Assembly: GCA_035290125.1 (NCBI GenBank)
Contig: DATDVI010000021.1
Span: 1-52,248, forward strand
Length of the DNA stretch: 52,248 nt
From: Candidatus Anderseniibacteriota bacterium
GTDB taxonomy: Bacteria; Patescibacteriota; Andersenbacteria; UBA10190
Direction: 5' to 3'
How positions within the stretch are numbered: position 1 is the stretch's first letter; every line of letters begins with the position of its first letter. The translations under genes and the position numbers were made by a program. Below are positions 24,862 through 32,179 of the stretch, in pieces. The notes under the pieces are model-generated. The model did not search any database and was not told the DNA's origin. It saw only the letters and a list, made by a program, of their open reading frames with translations.

Positions 24862-25898
24862 AAACGCGGGCTGCAATTCTGGTTCGGCTTGGGCAGGAAC
24901 TCGTGGTCGATGAAATTGAAGTGCCCCGCCTCCGGCGGGGGCAAGTCCTGGTTGAGATGGTCATGGCAGGAGTATGCCGGACGCAGCTCAATGAAGTCAG
25001 CGGCCGCAAGGGGCCTGATCCCTATTTGCCGCATCTGTTGGGACACGAGGGGACGGGAAAAATACTTGATATAGGATCTGGGGTTACCAAGGTAGCGGCT
25101 GGAGATATTGTCGCGATATCGTGGATTAAAGGCGGGGGGTTAGAGGCACCGGGAGGAATGTATCGATGGGGAAAGAAGCGAGTGCACTCTGGTAGCGCGG
25201 CTGTTTTTGGCGAAAAGGTCGTCGTGGCAGAAAACCGGGTTACCCGTGTGCCGGCGCAGGTGCCAGCGTACGTGACGGCAATACTTGGCTGCGCGGTAGC
25301 GACGGGTGTGGGAGTTATTCAAAAAACGCTCCAGGTGCGGCCGGGCTCGACCATTGCTATTTTTGGTGTCGGTGGAGTGGGAGGAGCAGCGGTGCTGGCG
25401 GCGAGAGCAGCGGGCTGTCGGGCAATTGTCGCCATTGATGTGTCGCAGAAAAAGCTTATGTGGGCTGCGCAGCTCGGCGCAACGCACTTTCTCAACGTGC
25501 GGCGCGTAAATGTTCTCTCAGCGATGAGGCGGCAATTTTCGGAGGGTGTTGACTTTGCGGTTGAAGCGTCTGGGGTGGCGAGCGTTGCCGAGACGGCGCT
25601 CGCGAGCCTTTCTCCCCACGGTGTACTGGCTATTGCCGGGCACCCGGGAGGAGGGGAAACATTTCAGGTTGACCCGTTTGTGTTAATTCAAGGGCGTCGC
25701 ATTGTGGGCACCTGGGGTGGTGAGACAGTGCCTGACCGTGATTTTCCGCGGTATCTGCGTGCCTATCGTACTCACCGACTTCCTCTCGAGAAACTCATCG
25801 GCGCATCGTATGCCTTAGAAGATAGTAACGCAGCACTAAAGGCTTTGGCAGGCGGAGCCGTTGGTCGTTTGCTGATAACGTTTAATTCAGAGCAGTAA
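24858..25898 (+). CDS. Zinc-type alcohol dehydrogenase (MDR family)
   Basis: 346 aa, 4-nt overlap with the previous gene. GVCRTQL, GHEGTGKILDIGSGV, and GVGGVGGAAV (GxGxxG). Confidence 0.8.
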   Translation: MKTRAAILVRLGQELVVDEIEVPRLRRGQVLVEMVMAGVCRTQLNEVSGRKGPDPYLPHLLGHEGTGKILDIGSGVTKVAAGDIVAISWIKGGGLEAPGGMYRWGKKRVHSGSAAVFGEKVVVAENRVTRVPAQVPAYVTAILGCAVATGVGVIQKTLQVRPGSTIAIFGVGGVGGAAVLAARAAGCRAIVAIDVSQKKLMWAAQLGATHFLNVRRVNVLSAMRRQFSEGVDFAVEASGVASVAETALASLSPHGVLAIAGHPGGGETFQVDPFVLIQGRRIVGTWGGETVPDRDFPRYLRAYRTHRLPLEKLIGASYALEDSNAALKALAGGAVGRLLITFNSEQ

Positions 25899-27202
25899 TG
25901 AGGTGGCGCAGGCAGATGACTCTCGCCACAGCAGCGGCGCACCAGCATCTTTTCGGGCAGGAGTTGACGGTGGCAATGAAAAATTTCCTCCAGAATTTGT
26001 CGCTTTCGCTCACCGGCTATGTGATCGCAAACAGTTTGATTTTTGTATCGATTGTGGTGGCGGGGCGCCTGCTGGGGCCATCTCAGTTCGGGCAGTATGC
26101 TTTAACGATTGCGCTGTCTCAGATTCTTATTATTCCGATGCTCCCCGGTATTGATGTCGCCGCGATGCGCGAGGTGGCTTTGCACCCCCAGCAACTCCCC
26201 CAGATCGCTGCCTCGGGGTTGTTTTTGCTCGCGGCCTGCACGCTGGCGACGTGGATTGGTGTGCTACTGGTCGGGGATACTGCTGCACGTTTACTGGGCC
26301 TTGGGGGAAGTGTTGTGCGTATTGCGGCTCTGATTGCACTCGCGATGGCGGGGAAAACGTTCTGGGATAGCATTGTGCGTGGTAGCGGTGCTTTCCGCTT
26401 ACAGCTCTGGGTGCGCATTGTTGATGCAGCGCTTATTCTATTCATTTTTCTGGCTGGGTACGCCTGGCTTGGTGTTCATGATTGGCGGTTACTCGCGCTG
26501 GGCGTGACTGGCGGGGCACTTGCTAGCGCGTGGATTTTTTACTCCTGGGTGGGCCGGGGTCAGTTGCGCTGGGCTGGCGTTACCAGTGCCGTGACGCGAC
26601 GGCTGGTGCGCTATGGCTGGGCCGGCGTGATCGGGGCCGTAGCTGGTATTTTACTCGCGAGCGCCGACAAAGTTTTATTGGGCAACTTCTTGGGCAGTCG
26701 AGGCCTGGGTGTGTATCAGGCGTATTACTTTGCTTCAGTTCAGCTGACAGGTCAGCTCGCGCTCATTTTCCTTAATGTTTTCTTTCCGGCAGCCGTTGGG
26801 CAGTCTGACCTCGCTATAGTCATTCGAAAATTGGATCGCCTGGTCGTTCGGCTGGCGGTGCCTGCGATCATCGGAGTCAGCTTGTTTATTCTGGCTACGT
26901 TGTGGCTCTTCAGTTCGGCCTATGAGCGGAATCTGATATTAGTTCTTCTGATGAGTGTATATGCCGTGCTGTGGTTTATTATGATGACGTACTGGACGCT
27001 GATTAACACAACCGGTCCCCGTGGCATTCTCTATGCTTCGCTCAATGCACTTGTCGCTGGTGTGATGTACCTGCTCCTCGTGCAGCAGCTGCTGCCGCTG
27101 CTGGAATTGTATGCCCCGCCGATTGCTTTTTTGGCTGCTTTTGGTTACATGGGCGGGGCGATTTGGTTGTGGCGCGTTCGGTTCCGCTTTACACTGCGCT
27201 GA
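25898..27202 (+). CDS. Wzx-type oligosaccharide flippase (MOP superfamily polysaccharide biosynthesis protein)
   Basis: About 12 predicted hydrophobic helices. The N-terminal region KNFLQNLSLSLTGYVIANSLIFVSIVVAGRLLGPSQFGQYAL is typical of Wzx. TAATG junction at 25898. ATG 25976 (MKNFLQ) is an equally plausible start. Confidence 0.65.
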   Translation: MRWRRQMTLATAAAHQHLFGQELTVAMKNFLQNLSLSLTGYVIANSLIFVSIVVAGRLLGPSQFGQYALTIALSQILIIPMLPGIDVAAMREVALHPQQLPQIAASGLFLLAACTLATWIGVLLVGDTAARLLGLGGSVVRIAALIALAMAGKTFWDSIVRGSGAFRLQLWVRIVDAALILFIFLAGYAWLGVHDWRLLALGVTGGALASAWIFYSWVGRGQLRWAGVTSAVTRRLVRYGWAGVIGAVAGILLASADKVLLGNFLGSRGLGVYQAYYFASVQLTGQLALIFLNVFFPAAVGQSDLAIVIRKLDRLVVRLAVPAIIGVSLFILATLWLFSSAYERNLILVLLMSVYAVLWFIMMTYWTLINTTGPRGILYASLNALVAGVMYLLLVQQLLPLLELYAPPIAFLAAFGYMGGAIWLWRVRFRFTLR

Positions 27203-27203
27203 T

Positions 27204-28736
27204 ATGAGCAGGGGGGTTGAGCATAAGATTAAAACGTTGCCATATCTGGCAGCTGAGGTCCGCCGCCTGCAGCGGGCGGGTAAAACGGTGGTGCAGTGTC
27301 ACGGTGTGTTTGATCTGATTCACCCGGGGCACCTGCGCCATTTTGCCGCGGCACGGCGGGAGGGCGATGTGCTGGTTGTTACCCTCACGGCCGATCGCTA
27401 CGTTAAGCGTGGTCCGGGGCGCCCGCTCTTTAGTGAGCACTTACGCGCGGAATCTTTGGCAGCGCTTGAGCTGGTTGATTTTGTTGCTATTGTTGCTTCT
27501 CCGACTGCGGTGGAGTGCCTGGAAACTCTGCGGCCGAATGTCTACGTGAAAGGGCCTGATTATCGGCAGGCGCGGGATGACGTGACGGGCATGATCACCG
27601 CCGAGAAGCAGGCGGTGGAGCGGCATGGCGGACGGCTGCACATCACCGATGATATTGTGTTCAGCTCAACGCAGCTCATCAATGCTGAGCTTGATGTTCA
27701 GCCACCGCTGATCCGTCGCTACTTGCAGCGGCTCGCGAACGATTATTCTGTTGGCACAATAACGCAGCTGCTGCAGAGGCTTGAGCAGCTACGCATCCTT
27801 GTTATTGGCGATGCGATTATTGACCAGTACGATTACGTACGGCCCCTGGGTAAATCGGGCAAAGAACCGCTGGTGGTGAGTAAGTTTGTGGAGCGAGAAT
27901 CTTTTGCTGGCGGGGTACTGGCTACGGCTACTCACGTGGCAAGTTTATCCCGAAACGTCCGACTTGCTACCCTGCTCGGACGTCGGCATAGCTGGCGTGA
28001 GTTTATTGACGAGAAGTTATCGCCGCGCATCAACCCGAAGTTTTTCTATCGGCGTGGTGCTGTGACGACCGTGAAGCGGCGCTACGTGAGCGAGGGGCGC
28101 GCGCAGAAAATGTTTGAAATTTACTTCATCGATGACACGCTGCTTGATCGTACTGGGGAGACCGCAGTTATTCGCTGGCTCGCAAAAATGCAGAAAAATC
28201 TTGATCTGATTATTGTCAACGATTTTGGCCATGGCTTTATCACTGAGGGTATTATTGCTGCTATCCGTCGTAGTCGCAGGAAGCTTGCGATTAATGTCCA
28301 GACCAATGGCGCTAATGCTGGGTTTAATTTGGTTACGAAATATCCTCGAGCAGATTTTGTCTGCGTGGATGAGGTGGAGCTCCGTTATGCTGCCCATGAT
28401 CGTGATGGTGACCTCAAGCATATTATGAAGAAGATTAGTCGCCAACTGAAGTGTGAATTATTGGTAACTACGCGGGGTCGGAAGGGTTCACTCAGCTGGT
28501 CGCGGAGCGAGGGGTTTATAGCAACACCCGCCTTTGCGACGCAGGTAGTTGATGCCGTGGGGGCAGGAGATGCTTTTTTCGCATACGCGGCCCCGTGCTT
28601 CGCGGCTGGTTTTCCTCCTACTTTAGTGCCGTTTGTTGGCAACGTAGCTGGTTCTTTGGCAACGCAAATTGTGGGTAACCGCAGTGCCGTTGAGCTGCCC
28701 GACGTGTTGAAGTTTATTGGGCGTTTACTGAAGTGA
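27204..28736 (+). CDS. Bifunctional cytidylyltransferase-like nucleotidyltransferase / PfkB-family sugar kinase (HldE-like, reversed domain order)
   Basis: 510 aa from ATG 27204 (TGATATG junction with the flippase stop). The N-terminal domain has VVQCHGVFDLIHPGHLRHF (HxGH) and VTLTADRYV. The C-terminal domain has ILVIGDAIIDQY and VVDAVGAGDAFFA (PfkB signature). Confidence 0.8.
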   Translation: MSRGVEHKIKTLPYLAAEVRRLQRAGKTVVQCHGVFDLIHPGHLRHFAAARREGDVLVVTLTADRYVKRGPGRPLFSEHLRAESLAALELVDFVAIVASPTAVECLETLRPNVYVKGPDYRQARDDVTGMITAEKQAVERHGGRLHITDDIVFSSTQLINAELDVQPPLIRRYLQRLANDYSVGTITQLLQRLEQLRILVIGDAIIDQYDYVRPLGKSGKEPLVVSKFVERESFAGGVLATATHVASLSRNVRLATLLGRRHSWREFIDEKLSPRINPKFFYRRGAVTTVKRRYVSEGRAQKMFEIYFIDDTLLDRTGETAVIRWLAKMQKNLDLIIVNDFGHGFITEGIIAAIRRSRRKLAINVQTNGANAGFNLVTKYPRADFVCVDEVELRYAAHDRDGDLKHIMKKISRQLKCELLVTTRGRKGSLSWSRSEGFIATPAFATQVVDAVGAGDAFFAYAAPCFAAGFPPTLVPFVGNVAGSLATQIVGNRSAVELPDVLKFIGRLLK

Positions 28737-29714
28737 CCCAACGGCGGTAATGCCCGCTTCCGGGTGCTCGTGAGTCTTTATGCGGGCAAGGTTTGCGTGG
28801 GAGAACCAGGCGGCGATCTCCTCAACGTAGTAATAGTTGCTTTTGGGGGTGGCAAATACATCGAACGCGTCGTTGACTTTCATGCTAAAGGGAAAGTTGG
28901 CGTAGTACGCGAAAGGGATTTTTCGGGCGGCTTTGCTGCGGCCAAGTTCCTGCAAGCCAAGGGTGATTTGGTTGAGTATATGTACGCCCGCGGCTGGAGC
29001 GTAGCCAAGCCGGTAGAGCAAGGGTTTGGGGATGTGGCGAGTAATCCGGCGCAGCGTCTCGAAGATATACACGGCCCGGAAATTCCTCCGACGGTTATAG
29101 ACCCAGATCAGAACCTGGCCGCCGGACCGAACGGTCACTGGCAGCTGGCGAAAACCCTGCTCCGGTTCAGGGAGGTGATGCAAAACGCCAATGGAAAATG
29201 CTACATCGGCCCAGGCATTAATTGGCATGTGATAAATATCAGCCTGGACGATGCAAGCATTGGGCAAATCGCTCGTGAGGGCGAAAGCGGCTTCGACGCT
29301 CTGGCCATGATCGGTGCCAATAACGACTTTGGCACCAGCCAGGGCCGCTTGTTTGGTAAAGCGGCCGGAACCGCAGCCGACGTCGAGCAATTTTTTGCCG
29401 GCCAAATCCTGCTCTCGTACAAAGGGGTTCAAGAAATGCAGGAAATTCTGTTTTTCGTATGTGTTCTCCCGATAAATATTGTTCCACTCATACGCAAAAC
29501 TATGAGCATTTTTTTGCTGGTGTGCTTGAAAAGAAGAGGTATGAGCAGTATCTGGAGGAAGCAGGCGCGGGATGCCGTTAGTAATTTTGTATTCGTTTCT
29601 GGCGCTGCGCAGTACTCCGGACATGACGTGCTTGCCCACTTGCTGGTGAATTGCTAATTGCAGTGGCTCTTTAGTAATCGGGTCGACAAGGTGCTCGGCG
29701 TGTTCTGGTCTCAT
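28725..29714 (-). CDS. Class I SAM-dependent methyltransferase with N-terminal Trm112-like extension
   Basis: ATG 29714 (MRPEHAEHLVDPITKEPL) forms a TAATG junction with the asnB-like stop. Motif I LLDVGCGSGRFT; AFSIGVLHHL. An alternative GTG is at 29738. Confidence 0.75.
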   Translation of the reverse strand: MRPEHAEHLVDPITKEPLQLAIHQQVGKHVMSGVLRSARNEYKITNGIPRLLPPDTAHTSSFQAHQQKNAHSFAYEWNNIYRENTYEKQNFLHFLNPFVREQDLAGKKLLDVGCGSGRFTKQAALAGAKVVIGTDHGQSVEAAFALTSDLPNACIVQADIYHMPINAWADVAFSIGVLHHLPEPEQGFRQLPVTVRSGGQVLIWVYNRRRNFRAVYIFETLRRITRHIPKPLLYRLGYAPAAGVHILNQITLGLQELGRSKAARKIPFAYYANFPFSMKVNDAFDVFATPKSNYYYVEEIAAWFSHANLARIKTHEHPEAGITAVGSLQ

Positions 29715-31603
29715 TAGTCGAAATATTCTCGGAACCACAGTTCAAGCGTGAGCAAGGCCCAGATGCGGGTGGATTCGTTGATCCGCGTTTGCTCGTGCGT
29801 GTGCAAGATCCTGGCGACGGCGCTGGGATTAAACAGCCCGCGATTTTGCGCCTGTGGGGAGGTGAGGATGCCTTGCGCGTAGCTGGTTAATTCGCCGCGA
29901 AACCAAAGATCAATTGGCGCCTGGAAGCCCATTTTTGGCCGATCTAAAACGCGATCAGGCAAGAGTCCTCGTAGCGCTTGTTTGAGAATGTACTTGCGGT
30001 TGTTTGATCCCTTGAGCTTTAAGCGGCTGGGAATTTTGGCGGCCAGTTCCATAAATTCATGGTCAAGAAAAGGTGACCGAACCTCTAATGAGACTGACAT
30101 GGCGGCGATGTCCCATTTTGTTAGAAAGTCGTCGGCTAGAATTGTTTTTATATCGGCGTAGAGTGCTTGGTCGAGCTTGTCGGCCGTTCGCGCCTGCGAA
30201 AATTGATTGACGATTATGTTATACGAGTCTTGTTCTTTTAGGCGTTCGCGCATGGCGCGATTATAGAGCTGGTGCTTGGCTTCATTGTTGAAATAACAAA
30301 CGTAATTGACGTAGCGGTGTGGATAATCTTGGGCGAGCGTGGCGGCAAATTGATTGGCACGGGTGAAGAAAGTACTGGGGTAGACGCGGGCCATGGCGCG
30401 CGTGGCTGGCAGGGCCAGGGCTTGGTTTAACGGTCGCAGTTTTTCGTAGAGCAAGGCAAATTTTTGGATACTGTAGCGGCCGTAGCCGGCAAAATTTTCG
30501 TCGCCCCCGTCGCCGCTTAAGGCAACGGTGACATGCTTTTTCGTGAGCTCGCTGACCAGGTAGGTAGGTAAGGCGCTGGAATCGGCGTAGGGCTCCTCAT
30601 ACTGCCGAACTAACTGTGGCAGCAGATCAATGGCCTGGGGCTCGACGATCAGCTCAGTGTGGTCAGTTTTGAAGTGCTGCGCTACTTCTTTGGCATAGGG
30701 CAGCTCGCTATAGCTTTTTTCCTTGAAGCCAATTGAGAATGTCTTCACAGGAGTGGGTGAAAGGGTACTCATGAGGGCCACGATGGCGCTGGAATCGACC
30801 CCACCGGAGAGAAACGCGCCGAGCGGAACTTCGGCAACCATGCGCAGCCTGATCGCTTCACTCAGCTTAGCAATAATACGGCGCTGCCACTCAACTTCTG
30901 AGAGACTCAGCTTGTCAGAGAAATCAAGCTGCCAGTATGGTTTGTTAATCATATGCCCGGAGGGGATATCGAGCAGCAGGTAGTGCGCCGGTTCTAGTTT
31001 TTTAATTCCCTTGAAGCCGGTCAGCGGCGCTGGCGTATATTGCAAAGTTAAATAATGGTGAATGGCCAGATAATCTGGTTCTTTTTTATATTCTGTCTGC
31101 GTCAAGATTGCCTTAAGTTCTGAGGCGAAGATGAAGACACTGCTGTCGTGGTAGTACTTAAAGGGTTTTTTGCCGGCACGGTCGCGGGCGCAGAACAGCT
31201 GCTGTTTCTCCTTGTCGTAGATGGCAAAGGCGAACATGCCTCTAAGATGCTGCAGGCAGTCAACACCGTACTTATCGTATAAAGCCAAAATGACTTCCGT
31301 GTCGGTCTTGGACTGAAACGCGTAGCCTTCTTTTTCCAGCTCGCGACGCTTCTCCTGAAAGTTGTAGATCTCGCCGTTGAACGTGATCCAGTATTTGTTG
31401 GCAAAACTCATTGGCTGGTGCCCTTGTGCGGAGAGGTCAATAATCGAGAGGCGTCGGTGCCCGAGGCCGACTTTTTGATCGGGGGAGATGTAGACGCCGG
31501 CATCGTCCGGCCCGCGGTGGGCAATGGCGTCTGTCATCTGCCGTATATCCACCGCCGCGATGGATCTATTGGTAAAACTAACCTTTCCGGCTATGCCGCA
31601 CAT
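29714..31603 (-). CDS. asnB: Asparagine synthase (glutamine-hydrolysing)-family amidotransferase
   Basis: True start MCGIAGKV at ATG 31603 (Cys2 nucleophile of Ntn amidotransferases). The ORF-track TTG is at 31672. HRGPDD, HRRLSIIDL, and SGGVDSS (PP-loop). Confidence 0.9.
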   Translation of the reverse strand: MCGIAGKVSFTNRSIAAVDIRQMTDAIAHRGPDDAGVYISPDQKVGLGHRRLSIIDLSAQGHQPMSFANKYWITFNGEIYNFQEKRRELEKEGYAFQSKTDTEVILALYDKYGVDCLQHLRGMFAFAIYDKEKQQLFCARDRAGKKPFKYYHDSSVFIFASELKAILTQTEYKKEPDYLAIHHYLTLQYTPAPLTGFKGIKKLEPAHYLLLDIPSGHMINKPYWQLDFSDKLSLSEVEWQRRIIAKLSEAIRLRMVAEVPLGAFLSGGVDSSAIVALMSTLSPTPVKTFSIGFKEKSYSELPYAKEVAQHFKTDHTELIVEPQAIDLLPQLVRQYEEPYADSSALPTYLVSELTKKHVTVALSGDGGDENFAGYGRYSIQKFALLYEKLRPLNQALALPATRAMARVYPSTFFTRANQFAATLAQDYPHRYVNYVCYFNNEAKHQLYNRAMRERLKEQDSYNIIVNQFSQARTADKLDQALYADIKTILADDFLTKWDIAAMSVSLEVRSPFLDHEFMELAAKIPSRLKLKGSNNRKYILKQALRGLLPDRVLDRPKMGFQAPIDLWFRGELTSYAQGILTSPQAQNRGLFNPSAVARILHTHEQTRINESTRIWALLTLELWFREYFD

Positions 31604-31677
31604 GGCTGAAGCGTAAAGGGAAACGGGCAAAGGGTAAAATGCAGCCCAAATCGCTAGCTTATCGGCTGGCAATTTTT

Positions 31678-31703
31678 ACATCGACGCGTTGACGTGTCGA
31701 TGT
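31678..31703. repeat. Family B 26-nt hairpin repeat, copy B2 (ACATCGACGCGTTGACGTGTCGATGT)
   Basis: Its reverse complement matches B1 at 24 of 26 positions and shares the gc...aaaa flanks. Both substitutions keep the stem paired (G-C to G-U and G-U to G-C). It lies 75 nt upstream of the asnB-like ATG. Confidence 0.9.
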
Positions 31704-31732
31704 GCGGCGGGCAGACAAAAAGGAGATAAAAA

Positions 31733-31753
31733 TTCAAACACCGGGTGTTTGAA
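31733..31753. promoter_or_regulatory. 21-bp palindrome TTCAAACAC-CGG-GTGTTTGAA
   Basis: Perfect 9+9 inverted repeat. On the minus strand it is followed by TTTTTAT, so it could be a weak AT-rich terminator/attenuator hairpin or an operator. Confidence 0.3.
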
Positions 31754-31769
31754 TGTGGCTCATTTGTAT

Positions 31770-31801
31770 GAAAAACCGCCGCGGCATCATGCGTTGGCGG
31801 T
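31770..31801 (-). terminator. Rho-independent terminator candidate
   Basis: Minus strand reads ACCGCC-(15 nt)-GGCGGT followed by TTTTC, 30 nt after the stop (31831) of the small membrane-protein gene. The loop is large, so the prediction is only moderate. Confidence 0.5.
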
Positions 31802-31830
31802 AAGAATTCCTCAACATGATGTAGATGGTA

Positions 31831-32109
31831 TCATTGCCTGTAATCGTGACGACGATTGAGAGGAATGATTTTCCTAATCCAGTGACCTGTTGGGCGTGTT
31901 GCCGTGTATTGCGTGAGAGCGAAAGCGGTCAGGCCGGTGATTATTAAGCCCTGCAGCCAGTAGGTACCTAGCAAATGGGCCATTAGCTGCTCATTGAGTA
32001 TCGAGTTTAAGGCTAACATGCTGAGTATCGTTATGTGAGTCCAGAAAAAGTAGAGGAAAAGGATATACTGATGGAGATACGCATTGAACTTTCTCTTTAC
32101 TCTCTTCAT
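31831..32109 (-). CDS. Hypothetical small membrane protein (92 aa, two hydrophobic helices)
   Basis: ATG 32109 is preceded by AGGAG (8-nt spacing). YILFLYFFWTHITILSMLAL and LQGLIITGLTAFAL are probable TM segments. AT-richer than the surrounding sequence. Confidence 0.4.
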   Translation of the reverse strand: MKRVKRKFNAYLHQYILFLYFFWTHITILSMLALNSILNEQLMAHLLGTYWLQGLIITGLTAFALTQYTATRPTGHWIRKIIPLNRRHDYRQ

Positions 32110-32179
32110 TGTTTTGCTCCTGCTACCATAGGTAGCTGTTTCTAGAAAAGGACAGACATCAAACACAACCAAATTAATG

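Noticed and set aside
28764-29657. 297-aa plus-strand ORF
   Set aside because: It is fully antisense to the methyltransferase 28725..29714, which has a clear SAM motif (LLDVGCGSGRF). The plus-strand ORF has no recognisable motif. It is a typical shadow ORF in GC-rich coding DNA.
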